NCBI RefSeq assembly: GCF_029024945.1
Contig: NZ_CP118976.1
Coordinates: 2,191,624 to 2,231,623 of the forward strand
Length of the DNA: 40,000 nt
Direction of reading: 5' to 3'
DNA from: Staphylococcus succinus
Lineage (GTDB): Bacteria > Bacillota > Bacilli > Staphylococcales > Staphylococcaceae
A program made the translations under genes and the position numbers. This document shows positions 28,519 to 38,456 of this stretch, one piece after another. Position 1 is the first letter of the stretch, and every line of letters starts with the position of its first letter. A model generated the notes under the pieces. It was not told the DNA's origin. It ran no database searches and saw nothing but the letters and a program-made list of their open reading frames with translations.

Positions 28519-29271
28519 ATGACAAAACTACATGAATTTTTCAGTTTCGCTATCCAACTCAATCTTTACTGGGTGATATTGGTAGCATTACTATACATAA
28601 TTATTCATAACTACCGCAACAAACCTATAAATCGTATTTTAGATATCTATTTGAATTATATACCAGTGCTCACACATGAATTCGGGCATATATTATTCAA
28701 TAAAATTAGTGGTGGAAAAGCAAAGGATCTAGTTATTGTAGCCTCTCCTACCGAGCGGATGGAAACATCTCAACAAGGATATGCTATTACACAATCAAAA
28801 CATCGTCTTGGCCAAACTATCACAACTTTTGGTGGTTATGTAATGCCGCCACTCATGTTACTACTAGGGTTTTGGGCTATAGATACGCAATATCCTAGCT
28901 TATTTATAGCATCCTACTTATTAATCTTTGTTTATTTTTTAATATTAACTTCACGAAAGTTAGTTCCAATCATTATGATTATTTTACTTTTTACATTGCT
29001 TTACTTATTATTTCAAAATGATAATCACTTTATGATGTTCTATATCTTAACAATTACTTATCATTTCATATTAGCTGTGTTGTTAGGTGAGGTCCTACAA
29101 TCATCTTGGACTATTTTTAGACTTACTTTTTCACAACAACCTATATCATGGGATGGCAGTACTTTAAAAGAATTAACACGTATCCCTACGTTTTTATATA
29201 GTATAATTTGGATTACTATCAATTTATTCACTGTCTACCAACTATTTCTCTCCTATTTTTTAGCTAACTAA
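28519..29271 (+). CDS. Polytopic membrane protein with an HExxH motif (putative M50-like intramembrane metallopeptidase)
   Basis: LTHEFGHILFN lies at the end of TM2, with about 6 TM helices. The family assignment is tentative. Confidence 0.6.
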   Translation: MTKLHEFFSFAIQLNLYWVILVALLYIIIHNYRNKPINRILDIYLNYIPVLTHEFGHILFNKISGGKAKDLVIVASPTERMETSQQGYAITQSKHRLGQTITTFGGYVMPPLMLLLGFWAIDTQYPSLFIASYLLIFVYFLILTSRKLVPIIMIILLFTLLYLLFQNDNHFMMFYILTITYHFILAVLLGEVLQSSWTIFRLTFSQQPISWDGSTLKELTRIPTFLYSIIWITINLFTVYQLFLSYFLAN

Positions 29272-29315
29272 AAAGCATGGTATTTATGTCTCTTACATAA
29301 ATACCATGCTTTTTC
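29271..29315. terminator. Bidirectional terminator between the HExxH membrane protein gene and mntR
   Basis: AAAGCATGGTATTTATGT-loop-ACATAAATACCATGCTTT stem of about 18 bp with flanking A and T runs. Confidence 0.8.
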
Positions 29316-29392
29316 TTGTATTACTATAATATTCTATGCCTTTTATTTATAAAAAAGGCAACCACAACTCAGCACTTTCAAAAAGAGCATTT

Positions 29393-30037
29393 CTATTTTT
29401 CTACATATATATGAGCTGCGTTATCATAACTTAAAATAGTGATATTTTCTTCTTTTTGTACAATAATCACTTTATTTGTGTCATCTTTATTAATAAGCGT
29501 AATTTCTTCTCCAATTAAAATGTCTTTGCTCGTAAGATAAACTAACAATTCTGTTCGATCTCTCACACGTTTAACCGTTACTTTGTCCCCTGCTTCATAT
29601 GATAATAAATTCGTTGTATAAATCTCTTTATAATCATTATTGCGAGGGATAACGCCTCCGTGTGGGCATGTCTTTGGATAATCTAATAACTTATCCAAGC
29701 GCTCCACAAACAAATGAGAAACCTTATGTTCTAAAACTTCTGCTTCTTGATGCACTTCTTCCCAATTATATTGCAGGATCTTTATTAAAAAGAGTTCTAG
29801 TAAGCGATGTCGCTTAATAATATCTAATGTATATGTTAAACCTTCCTTAGAAAGTTGTACGCCTTTATACGGTTTTGTTTCTACATATCCCGACTTCTCT
29901 AAACGATTCACCATTTCACTGACGGATGGCGGCTTAATGTTTAAATATTGGGATAGTGTCTTATTTGAAACGAAAGAACGGTCGCCATCATGTGTTAAAA
30001 TCGCCTTCAAATAATCTTCTTTTTCTTCAGTTAGCAT
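29393..30037 (-). CDS. mntR: Mn(II)-responsive DtxR-family repressor MntR
   Basis: MLTEEKEDYLKAI N-terminus, a winged HTH, metal-site residues and a C-terminal FeoA/SH3-like domain. I moved the start to the ATG at 30037, which has a GAGAGGTGAG SD. The track start is an upstream TTG. Confidence 0.9.
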   Translation of the reverse strand: MLTEEKEDYLKAILTHDGDRSFVSNKTLSQYLNIKPPSVSEMVNRLEKSGYVETKPYKGVQLSKEGLTYTLDIIKRHRLLELFLIKILQYNWEEVHQEAEVLEHKVSHLFVERLDKLLDYPKTCPHGGVIPRNNDYKEIYTTNLLSYEAGDKVTVKRVRDRTELLVYLTSKDILIGEEITLINKDDTNKVIIVQKEENITILSYDNAAHIYVEK

Positions 30038-30120
30038 TATCTCACCTCTCAACTCATTGACCTTATTATACCATGAATTGACTTGACACGCTAAAAGTTC
30101 ATAGTATATGATTAATTAAA

Positions 30121-30134
30121 TTAGGTTAACCTAA
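30121..30134. promoter_or_regulatory. MntR operator (DtxR-type palindrome) over the mntABC promoter
   Basis: TTAGGTTAACCTAA is a perfect 14-bp palindrome whose arms equal the DtxR-family half-site TTAGGTTA/TAACCTAA. It lies between a TTGACA -35 (30083-30088) and the mntA SD. Confidence 0.7.
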
Positions 30135-30157
30135 AAATTAAATTAAGGAGGGCTAAT

Positions 30158-30880
30158 ATGTTAGAAATTAAAGATTTAAATCTCACTTTAGGTAATAAAT
30201 TGATATTACAACATATTAATCTGGACATCCCTGTTCAAGGTGAAATCATTGGAATTATGGGGCCAAATGGTGCTGGTAAATCATCACTGCTCAAATCAAT
30301 TATAGGTGAATTTAAATCGACTGGAACAGCACATTTAAATAAAACCCCTGTCGAAAATAGTTTAAAGTCTATTACCTACATTCCACAAAAAGCACATATT
30401 GATTTGGATTTTCCAATTGATGTGGAACATGTCGTTGTATCAGGAGCATACAAAGATATTGGGTGGTTTAAATGGGTAAATGTAGAAACTAAAACCAAAT
30501 TAAATCAATTGATGAAAACTTTGGAATTAGAAGATTTAAGACACCGTCAAATATCTGAATTAAGTGGTGGCCAATTACAGCGTGTACTTGTTGCTCGAGC
30601 ATTAATGACCGAGAGTACATTATATTTATTGGACGAACCTTTTGTTGGTATTGACTTCCATAGTGAAGAAATCATTATGTCTCAATTAAGACAACTAAAA
30701 AAAGAAGGAAAGTTACTCTTAATCGTTCATCACGATTTATCGAAGGCTGAAACTTACTTTGATCGTGTCATCCTATTAAATAAATCCATTCGCTATTTTG
30801 GAGATAGTGTTACTGCCATGAAACCAGAACATTTGAATCATACATTTTTAAATGCTCCGATTCAAAATGGCATGGCTTAA
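30158..30880 (+). CDS. mntA: Manganese ABC transporter ATPase
   Basis: Walker A GPNGAGKSS, signature LSGGQLQR and Walker B LYLLDEPF. First gene after the MntR operator. Confidence 0.9.
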   Translation: MLEIKDLNLTLGNKLILQHINLDIPVQGEIIGIMGPNGAGKSSLLKSIIGEFKSTGTAHLNKTPVENSLKSITYIPQKAHIDLDFPIDVEHVVVSGAYKDIGWFKWVNVETKTKLNQLMKTLELEDLRHRQISELSGGQLQRVLVARALMTESTLYLLDEPFVGIDFHSEEIIMSQLRQLKKEGKLLLIVHHDLSKAETYFDRVILLNKSIRYFGDSVTAMKPEHLNHTFLNAPIQNGMA

Positions 30881-30906
30881 ATGCATTAGAAAGGACGTAA
30901 CTTAAC

Positions 30907-31740
30907 ATGGAGTTTTTTAACCATTTATTTGATTATCAATTTTTAAGCAATGCGCTTATTATTTCTATCGTCGTGGGAATCGTATGTGGTACAGTTGGTT
31001 GCCTCATCGTACTTAGAGGTCTCTCGCTTATGGGGGATGCTATGAGCCATGCTGTTTTACCAGGTGTTGCCTTATCATTCCTATTCGGCATACCAATGTT
31101 TATTGGTGCGTTAGTCACGGGCATGATTGCTAGTATTTTTATAGGGTTTATTACCAAGAGTAGTAAAACTAAACCCGATGCTGCCATAGGTATAAGTTTC
31201 ACTGCTTTTTTAGCAACGGGAGTTATTTTAATTAGCCTTATTAATAGTTCTACAGATTTATATCATATTTTATTTGGTAACTTACTAGCAGTTACACATT
31301 CTACATTTTGGTCAACGATTGTTGTCGGTATCATAGTCATGTTATTAATCATCGTCTTTTACAGACCATTGATGGTATCTACATTTGATCCAATATTTAG
31401 TAGAATGAGCGGTTTAAACACTACATTAATACACTATTTTGTAATGCTCTTATTGTCTCTTGTAACAGTTGCTAGCATTCAAACTGTAGGTATTATTTTA
31501 GTTGTTGCCTTATTAATCACACCCGCTTCAGCTGCATTTTTAATTGCAAAAAAATTACATACCATGATGATTATTTCAAGTGTCATAAGTACCATTAGTG
31601 CTATTGTAGGTCTCTATTTCAGCTATGTATATAACATACCTAGTGGTGCCACAATTGTATTATGTGCATTCTTTATTTACATTATTATTTTTATATGCAA
31701 CAAATTACAACTTTTCAACAAGAAGGGACAGGTTTCATGA
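30907..31740 (+). CDS. mntB: Manganese ABC transporter permease (ABC-3 family)
   Basis: 277-aa permease with 8-9 TM helices, typical of cluster-9 metal transporters (GDAMSHAVLPG). Confidence 0.9.
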   Translation: MEFFNHLFDYQFLSNALIISIVVGIVCGTVGCLIVLRGLSLMGDAMSHAVLPGVALSFLFGIPMFIGALVTGMIASIFIGFITKSSKTKPDAAIGISFTAFLATGVILISLINSSTDLYHILFGNLLAVTHSTFWSTIVVGIIVMLLIIVFYRPLMVSTFDPIFSRMSGLNTTLIHYFVMLLLSLVTVASIQTVGIILVVALLITPASAAFLIAKKLHTMMIISSVISTISAIVGLYFSYVYNIPSGATIVLCAFFIYIIIFICNKLQLFNKKGQVS

Positions 31741-32660
31741 AAAAATTAATATCACTCGCTCTTATTTTCTTACTTTTTTTAAGTGCGTGTAGCAATCATA
31801 AAAACGATACTTCCTCTAATGAAAAACTAAAAATAGTTACAACTAATTCTATATTATACGATATGGTCAAACATACAGCTGGTGATAACATTGAAATTCA
31901 CAGTATTGTTCCAATTGGACAAGATCCGCATGAATATGAGGTGAAACCTAAAGACATTAAAGCTTTAACTGATGCTGACATTGTATTTTACAATGGTTTA
32001 AATTTAGAAACAGGTAACGGTTGGTTTAATAAAGCGTTGGCACAAGCAGATAAATCACCTGATGATAGCTCTGTAGTAAAAGTCTCTGAAAATGTTAAGC
32101 CATTATATTTAAATGATGCTGAAGGTGATGCGTCTAAACAAGACCCTCATGCATGGTTAAGCTTAGAAAATGGTATAAAATATGTTGAGAAAATTAGAGA
32201 TACATTACTAAAGCATGACGAGAAACATGCGGATGATATTCAAGGTCACAGTAAAGATTACATCGCTAAATTAGAGGCGCTTAACAAAGAAAGTCACGAA
32301 AAATTTAATGACATTCCGAAAAATGAACGTGCCATGATAACAAGTGAAGGTGCCTTTAAATATTTCTCTAAACAGTATGATATTAAACCAGGTTATATTT
32401 GGGAAATTAACACTGAAAAACAAGGTACACCTGAACAAATGAAACAAGCCATTGAATTCGTTAAAGATAACAACTTAAAACACTTACTTGTTGAAACAAG
32501 TGTAGATCATAAGAGTATGCAAAGTTTAAGCGAAGAGACTAAGAAAGATATCTATGGTGAAGTATTCACTGATTCTATTGGTAAAAAAGGGTCTAAAGGA
32601 GATTCTTACTACGATATGATGAAAGAAAATATCGAAACGATTCACGGTAGCATGAAATAA
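31737..32660 (+). CDS. mntC: Manganese-binding lipoprotein (cluster A-I/ZnuA-PsaA family SBP)
   Basis: I moved the start to the ATG at 31737, which forms an ATGA overlap with the mntB stop. Lipobox LFLSAC. Metal ligand context DPHEYE and DPHAW. Confidence 0.9.
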   Translation: MKKLISLALIFLLFLSACSNHKNDTSSNEKLKIVTTNSILYDMVKHTAGDNIEIHSIVPIGQDPHEYEVKPKDIKALTDADIVFYNGLNLETGNGWFNKALAQADKSPDDSSVVKVSENVKPLYLNDAEGDASKQDPHAWLSLENGIKYVEKIRDTLLKHDEKHADDIQGHSKDYIAKLEALNKESHEKFNDIPKNERAMITSEGAFKYFSKQYDIKPGYIWEINTEKQGTPEQMKQAIEFVKDNNLKHLLVETSVDHKSMQSLSEETKKDIYGEVFTDSIGKKGSKGDSYYDMMKENIETIHGSMK

Positions 32661-32811
32661 AAGTTTTAGGCTATTAACCTCATTCGTAGGTGAATAGCCC
32701 CATGCCGTACGTTACCCTCCTTAAAACGTACGGCATGGTGGTATTCAAGCCTTATAATCATCTCCCATACTCCATCAACGGTTGGCTCCTCCCCCCGTTG
32801 ATGGAGTTTTT
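32661..32811 (+). ncRNA. rsaC: Structured mntC 3'UTR element; candidate compact RsaC-type sRNA (5' boundary unknown)
   Basis: Three consecutive hairpins follow the mntC stop. The first spans 32669-32699. The second spans 32700-32738, with a 14-bp perfect stem and loop ACCCUCCUUAA. The third spans 32770-32806, with a 12-bp perfect stem, loop UUGGCUCCUCCCC and a T5 tail. The linker between the second and third carries UCUCCCAU. In S. aureus, RsaC is processed from the mntABC 3'UTR and uses C-rich motifs (from memory). Confidence 0.45.
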
Positions 32812-32873
32812 AGAGTCACATATATGAACAGGCACTATTTTCTTAAGTTATTGATAATACAATGTTTTAATGC

Positions 32874-32911
32874 AAAAAAGCAGCTTTCCAATTTAGGAAA
32901 GCTGCTTTTTT
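32874..32911. terminator. Bidirectional terminator (antiporter gene, with backup for mntABC)
   Basis: A6-GCAGCTTTCC-AATTTA-GGAAAGCTGC-T6. Confidence 0.8.
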
Positions 32912-32927
32912 ATGTCTATTTAAAATT

Positions 32928-34979
32928 TTAATCTGTTAAACTATCAACAATAACCATTTCATCATAATTTATAGCTTCTCGTATTTTCAAAGCTGTTACT
33001 TCACTTACTTCTTCATCTTCAACAAGTTCATTTAACACACGTCGTTGTTCTTTAAGCGCAGTTAATTTAATTTTTGTTATTGAATTTTCATGTTTAGGAT
33101 TAAAGAAATTGGACGGCGTTAAATTATCTGTTCGTAACAGATAACTATCACAAATCATACCTATTTCTAGTTTATTATCTTCTGTGGTCTCTTTTGCAAG
33201 ACGGCTTACTACGCGATAATGTACCGTACGCATCACATTTGAAATTTCTTGCAAGTTATCTACAACAGATAAAGAAGAAGCAGCGTTTGTTTTAACTTTA
33301 TTTTTAATTCTTCTCTTTAACCACATGGCTCGAATTTCAACTTTAATACGTTGTATCAAAGATGCTTGTTTATATACTTGAGTACGTTCTGAATAACGCA
33401 TATAGTTATCTAATACGTTCGTAGTAATATCTCCATTCTCAACCAAGCTATTTAAAGTATTATTCTCAACATCGAAAGCTAATTTTTGCAATCGTTGCAA
33501 TTCTTTCGTGTTTTCATCTTCATTCTCAACTGTTCTTAAGAATGCTAATTTATCATGATAATCTTTAATCACATTTCCATACTGAAAACTAGATTCTACT
33601 GTAGAAGCTTGATTTAAACTATCAATTACTTTTTCCAAAATATAAACACGTGCTTGTTTGAAATTCATGCCTTGTACCTTAGGTTTTTTAGCAGTAGGTG
33701 TTACTAAAGGTAATAAAAATTGTGCAACAATCAAACTGATAATAACCATACCTGATGCTATAAAAAGTAAATCGTCTCTAAAAATAAATGAGTGGTGATT
33801 TGCTAGCATGTATGGCAAAGTCAGTGCTATGGCTAACGAAATCGTTCCATGAACTCCACATAATGACATAATAAAAGCATACATACCTCTTCTCGGTGGT
33901 GATTCTGTGGCATTATCTTCATTTTCATTATGAGAAATCATTTTTTGGAACGGACTGACTGGTAAATAAAAATATGGATATAATACAAAAACCCATAAGA
34001 ACCTAAATAAATAAATCGCTAATGCAATTAAAAATGTAACGACAATTAAGAACATTAAATTGTGTGGTTCATTTTCTATAATTCTCCCCACTACTTCAGG
34101 CACTAAAAAGCCTAAAATCGTAAAGACAAATCCATTTAAAGCATATCCCAAAATATTCCAAGTATGATTATAACTCATCTGTAGTCTGGTACGTGCTTGT
34201 GCAATACGATCACGTTCAAACCCATGCACTAAACCGGCAACTACAGCAGCAATGATACCTGATGCATGGAACATTTCTGCCACTATATATGTGATGAAAG
34301 GTGTAACAAGTTGAATAAATGTAAACATATTTATATTTTCTATGCCACGTCGAGATAAAGTTACCCTAAACCTTACTAGCGCAACACCGATTAAGATACC
34401 AACTATAAATCCACCAATCGACGAAATAAGAAATTGTTCAATGGCGTTTGCCATTGAAAATGCTCCTGTTACTAGTGCAGCTACAGCAATTTTAAAAGAT
34501 ATGATACCCGCCGCATCATTTAGAAGTGATTCACCCTCTAAAATTGTCATAGAACCTTTTGGTAAAACTTTCCCATTAGTGATTGCTTGAACAGCTACCG
34601 CATCAGTTGGGCATAGAATTGCAGCAAGTGCGAAGGCAGCAGCCATAGGTAAATCTGGCCATATCCAATGAACAAATAACCCAACTACAATTACAGTGGT
34701 AACTACTAATCCTAATGCCATCATTAATACCGGCTTAATATAACGCCTTAGGTGCACACGCGAAACTTTAACTCCTTCAACAAACAGCAATGGCGCAATT
34801 AGTGCAACCATAAATAATTCAGAATCAAAATTAAATTCGACAGGGACCGGCGTTACATATAACAACACACCTAAAATGATTTGAATGAAAGCTAATGGTA
34901 CTTTAGGAAGAAAAGTATGCACAAAGGAGCTAGCGATGACTAACGCTAAAAAAACAAGAATCGTTTCAAATATTTGCAA
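32928..34979 (-). CDS. CPA1-family Na+(K+)/H+ antiporter with a long cytoplasmic C-terminal domain
   Basis: About 12 TM helices in the N-terminal 420 residues (LCPTDAVAV, EGESLLNDA motifs), then about 270 hydrophilic residues. The likely start is the TTG at 34979, which has a GAGGTG SD 5 nt upstream. The track start (TTG at 34997) has no SD. Confidence 0.85.
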   Translation of the reverse strand: MQIFETILVFLALVIASSFVHTFLPKVPLAFIQIILGVLLYVTPVPVEFNFDSELFMVALIAPLLFVEGVKVSRVHLRRYIKPVLMMALGLVVTTVIVVGLFVHWIWPDLPMAAAFALAAILCPTDAVAVQAITNGKVLPKGSMTILEGESLLNDAAGIISFKIAVAALVTGAFSMANAIEQFLISSIGGFIVGILIGVALVRFRVTLSRRGIENINMFTFIQLVTPFITYIVAEMFHASGIIAAVVAGLVHGFERDRIAQARTRLQMSYNHTWNILGYALNGFVFTILGFLVPEVVGRIIENEPHNLMFLIVVTFLIALAIYLFRFLWVFVLYPYFYLPVSPFQKMISHNENEDNATESPPRRGMYAFIMSLCGVHGTISLAIALTLPYMLANHHSFIFRDDLLFIASGMVIISLIVAQFLLPLVTPTAKKPKVQGMNFKQARVYILEKVIDSLNQASTVESSFQYGNVIKDYHDKLAFLRTVENEDENTKELQRLQKLAFDVENNTLNSLVENGDITTNVLDNYMRYSERTQVYKQASLIQRIKVEIRAMWLKRRIKNKVKTNAASSLSVVDNLQEISNVMRTVHYRVVSRLAKETTEDNKLEIGMICDSYLLRTDNLTPSNFFNPKHENSITKIKLTALKEQRRVLNELVEDEEVSEVTALKIREAINYDEMVIVDSLTD

Positions 34980-35322
34980 GGTTTCACCTCTTTTCAACTA
35001 AATTATTTGTTTCATAATTGTTGAGGTTGAAACATAAATTAAACTGTCTTCTAACGAACATAATGTGTCCCAAACCCTTATAGATTATTTACAAACAGCT
35101 TTAGGGTTTACTGTTCGCCTAATAATTTAAAAATTAACACAATTACAAATATATATTATTTTATCATTTTTTTACCCACTTCTTAAATGTATTGCACTTC
35201 TCAAGTAGTATTTTTTAAAATTATTAAATTTAAATCATTACATTCAACTCGTTATACCTTTACTATTTAACAATAAAATTGCAACTTTCTTTATGTCGTG
35301 AAATTATATATTCGTTCTCCAC

Positions 35323-35376
35323 AAAAAAATATCCCCTCAACAAAGTGCGCACTTTTGAGTGTCAACTTTGGTGAGG
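35323..35376 (-). terminator. Terminator of the mnh2 operon
   Basis: The minus strand reads CCTCACCAAAGT-loop-ACTTTGTTGAGGGG followed by ATATTTTTTT. Confidence 0.6.
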
Positions 35377-35411
35377 AGATTGTTATTTTCAATCATTTTA
35401 TTGTCTATACA

Positions 35412-35858
35412 CTAATAATCCTGCTCTTTTTCATATGTTTCACGTCTACGCTTTTCCCTGTCTTGTGCACGTTTTTTCAATTGATCAAATGTATTATTCT
35501 CAGTGGAACTCAATAAAATATTGGTTTGTCTCGGTGCATCACTTTTGCGATACATATACGCTCCTGTACGATAAGCAGCACGTGAGATCAAATGCCCTCC
35601 AACTGGTGCTGTTAAATTAATGAACACTAACGCTAAAATTAATCTTACACTCAAATAACCTTGTGAAGAAATAAAATAAATAATAACGCCTACTAACGTT
35701 AACAAAACCGAAAGCGTGGAACTTTTTGTCGAGGCATGGCTTCGTAGAAACACATCTTGGAACTTAATTAATCCAATCGCACTTATTAGCGCTATAATAC
35801 TTCCTAAAAACATCATAAAAGCAGCTAGTAAATTAACGATTTCGCTTGTTATTTGCAT
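35412..35858 (-). CDS. mnhG2: Mrp/Mnh-type cation/H+ antiporter subunit G (Mnh2 paralogue)
   Basis: Three TM helices ([17 protein letters not shown]) plus a long charged C-terminal tail, as in S. aureus MnhG2. Last gene of the A-G string. Confidence 0.8.
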   Translation of the reverse strand: MQITSEIVNLLAAFMMFLGSIIALISAIGLIKFQDVFLRSHASTKSSTLSVLLTLVGVIIYFISSQGYLSVRLILALVFINLTAPVGGHLISRAAYRTGAYMYRKSDAPRQTNILLSSTENNTFDQLKKRAQDREKRRRETYEKEQDY

Positions 35859-36135
35859 TGAACACGTGCCCCCCTTCTATATATCTGGAAATTGACACGG
35901 AACTAACAAATGAAATGATAGCAATAAGTAAAATTGAATCTAGGAATGAAAATGTCCCATATACAATACTTAACACGCCTACAATTGACATAAGAATTGC
36001 ACTTGCTGTATCAAATGCTACGACTCTATCTGCAGTTGTGGGTCCTTTAATTAACCTGAACAGCGTTAATAATAATGCTATTCCGAATATAATTAAGGCG
36101 CTTGTAATGAAAAAATCAATAAGAGATTCTATCAT
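35833..36135 (-). CDS. mnhF2: Mrp/Mnh antiporter subunit F
   Basis: 100-aa, three-TM protein ([12 protein letters not shown]) that overlaps both neighbouring genes. Confidence 0.8.
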   Translation of the reverse strand: MIESLIDFFITSALIIFGIALLLTLFRLIKGPTTADRVVAFDTASAILMSIVGVLSIVYGTFSFLDSILLIAIISFVSSVSISRYIEGGHVFNANNKRNR

Positions 36136-36614
36136 TCTGTCACCTCCAATATCAGTCCTTCGTATTGTCTAATACTTTTTAGCAATTTCTGTTTTTCTTT
36201 ATCTGAAACATCAATGGCATGTATAAAGAACTTTTGCTTCTTCTTCGATATTCTTATAACTGTAGACCCTGGAGTAATTATAATTAATATTGTTAAAAAT
36301 GAAACTTCCCAGTCACTATCTAACTTTGTTTCATAAGTTACTAAACCTGGGTTTAAATCCTTTGTTTTAAATAATATATAGTTAATTGTTGTAATACTAG
36401 ATGTAATTAATTGGTACAGGTATACTACTAAAAACTTAATTGCTACCCAAACTTTTTTTAAATAAAATTGTTGGCCAAAAAAGCGATGTAATATATAAAT
36501 GACTAACAATCCAATAAGATAGCCAGCGAAGAAGGTAGATGCTTTAAAGGAGTCTTCATCTTGAAATAAAACCCATAAAAAAGCTATGACAATGTTAAGT
36601 AAAACTTGTCTCAT
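36132..36614 (-). CDS. mnhE2: Mrp/Mnh antiporter subunit E
   Basis: 160 aa with the typical MnhE N-terminus ([11 protein letters not shown]) and the TPGS motif region. Confidence 0.8.
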   Translation of the reverse strand: MRQVLLNIVIAFLWVLFQDEDSFKASTFFAGYLIGLLVIYILHRFFGQQFYLKKVWVAIKFLVVYLYQLITSSITTINYILFKTKDLNPGLVTYETKLDSDWEVSFLTILIIITPGSTVIRISKKKQKFFIHAIDVSDKEKQKLLKSIRQYEGLILEVTE

Positions 36615-38131
36615 TATTTAGCCTCCTTCTTCAAATGAGGATTAACCGCTTTTTCATAGCGTCCATCATCCATATTTAAATGTGTAGCATTATCTGTAAC
36701 TTTAAATATAAGTGGCGCTACAATACCCATTGCTAATACCGTGCCTACTAAAATAGCTATGAGACTCTTACGGTATACAGGAATAGCTTTAAATATTTTT
36801 TCTTCGCCTTTTTTTTCATTGCCTAAATACATCACGAAAAACACACGGAATAAACTGAACATCGCAATGAGACTAGTAATAATCATTAACGCTAACCCTA
36901 TATAATTACCATTTTCAATAGCACCTTTAAATATAAACACTTTTCCCGGAAAGCCACTAAATGGTGGCACGCCACCAATAGCTAATATCATAATCACAAA
37001 AGCTACACCAAAAAACGGCTCTTGTTTAGCTAAACCATGTAAGTGTCTGTATTGCCTGTATCCAGTAATATAAACTAAACTTCCTATAAGGAAGAATAAT
37101 AGCGTCTTAACGACCATATCGTTAGCTAAATAAAATATTGCCCCATTCACTCCTGCATAAGTATTTGAACCTAGTCCTAATATAATAAAACCAATTGATA
37201 GAATGACTTGGTATGCAGCAATTTTTTTAATATCTTTATAAGCAAGTACACCGAATGCACCAATTAACATTGTAATACAAGATAAAAATACTAGTAATGG
37301 ATGTGTTATACCATCATGTTCATCAAATATTAATGTAAAGAAACGAATCAAGGCATAAGCTCCCACTTTAGTCATCAACGATGCAAATAGTGCCGCTAGC
37401 TCAGTATTAAGTACTGCATAAGCTTTAGGAAGCCACATAAAGAGTACTAAAGCCGCCTTTGCACCAAATGCGATAAGGAAGACCATAGATACAATAACTA
37501 TTGAACTTTGATTATCCATCTCACCTATTCTTTGGGCCACCAATGCAAAGTTTAATGTACCTGTTAATTTATATAATAAGCCAATACCTAAAAGTAAAAG
37601 CCATGATCCTAATATATTTAAGACAACATATATAATAGCTGCACGTAATTGTTCTACTGATTGCCCTAATGTAATTAATACAAAGGAAGCTAATAACATT
37701 ACTTCAAACATAACATATACATTAAATAAATCTGCTGTTAAAAATGAACCAATGACACCAACTGTTAAGAATAAAATAAAACTTGGTAAGTAGTAACGAA
37801 TCGCCCTTTTTTCTGCTCTCCCAAAACCATACGCCATGATTAGCGTTACAACAAAACTCGAGGTTGTTACCATTAATAAACTTAACGAATCTCCTACAAA
37901 CTGGATGCCAAACGGCGCCTTCCATCCTCCAAAGTCTAAAGCAATAGGCTTATTGTACATCACATAAACGAGTAACAATAATGAAATTATCGTACTCACT
38001 GCCATAGTACCAATTGAAAAGATTCTAGATAATCTACTTTGTGTACGTATGAAGACTAGTGCTAAAGCACACACTGCAGGTAGAAGTAATGGTAAAATCA
38101 ACAAATTACTCATCATCATCGTCATCATCAC
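36614..38131 (-). CDS. mnhD2: Mrp/Mnh antiporter subunit D (NuoN/ND2-like)
   Basis: About 14 TM helices with conserved blocks ([30 protein letters not shown]). Start is ambiguous among GTG 38131 and ATGs at 38128, 38125, 38119, 38116 and 38113. Comparison with my recollection of S. aureus MnhD2 (MLSNLLILP) favours 38116 or 38113. Confidence 0.85.
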   Translation of the reverse strand: MMMTMMMSNLLILPLLLPAVCALALVFIRTQSRLSRIFSIGTMAVSTIISLLLLVYVMYNKPIALDFGGWKAPFGIQFVGDSLSLLMVTTSSFVVTLIMAYGFGRAEKRAIRYYLPSFILFLTVGVIGSFLTADLFNVYVMFEVMLLASFVLITLGQSVEQLRAAIIYVVLNILGSWLLLLGIGLLYKLTGTLNFALVAQRIGEMDNQSSIVIVSMVFLIAFGAKAALVLFMWLPKAYAVLNTELAALFASLMTKVGAYALIRFFTLIFDEHDGITHPLLVFLSCITMLIGAFGVLAYKDIKKIAAYQVILSIGFIILGLGSNTYAGVNGAIFYLANDMVVKTLLFFLIGSLVYITGYRQYRHLHGLAKQEPFFGVAFVIMILAIGGVPPFSGFPGKVFIFKGAIENGNYIGLALMIITSLIAMFSLFRVFFVMYLGNEKKGEEKIFKAIPVYRKSLIAILVGTVLAMGIVAPLIFKVTDNATHLNMDDGRYEKAVNPHLKKEAK

Positions 38132-38456
38132 CTCTCAACACATCAATTTCGTCTTCTTTTGTAACACGGTATGTTCGATACACAAGCACTAATAAAAAGG
38201 CAGTCATAGCAAAACCAATGACTATTGCCGTTAGTACAATAGCTTGTAATAAGGGATCAACAAAATGTTCGTTCCCCTCTCCAATTAATGGTTCAGACAT
38301 ATTTTTACTATAGTGTCCCATACTCATAATAATTAAATTACCTGCGTGGGTAAATATCGAAATTCCTATTACAATACGGATTAAATTGACCGATAATATC
38401 ATATACGTTCCAATAAATATTAAGAAGCCAATAACTAATAATAAGATTAAATTCAT
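38106..38456 (-). CDS. mnhC2: Mrp/Mnh antiporter subunit C (NuoK-like)
   Basis: The N-terminal 47 residues are almost identical to my recollection of S. aureus MnhC2 ([44 protein letters not shown]). The C-terminus ends in DDDDDDE. Confidence 0.85.
   Translation of the reverse strand: MNLILLLVIGFLIFIGTYMILSVNLIRIVIGISIFTHAGNLIIMSMGHYSKNMSEPLIGEGNEHFVDPLLQAIVLTAIVIGFAMTAFLLVLVYRTYRVTKEDEIDVLRGDDDDDDE

Noticed and set aside
32702-32827. 41-codon plus-strand ORF (MPYVTLLKTYGMVVFKPYNHLPYSINGWLLPPLMEFLESHI) with an AGGTGA 8 nt upstream, inside the mntC 3' structured region.
   Set aside because: Its start and SD are buried in perfect hairpins. A hairpin plus T5 terminator (32770-32811) lies inside the ORF before its stop codon. 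Reading the region as structured RNA explains the sequence better.
35846-36172. 108-aa plus-strand ORF antisense to mnhF2, together with the 72-aa ORF at 35298-35516.
   Set aside because: Both are antisense to, or overlap, well-supported mnh genes and their terminator. Neither has an SD.
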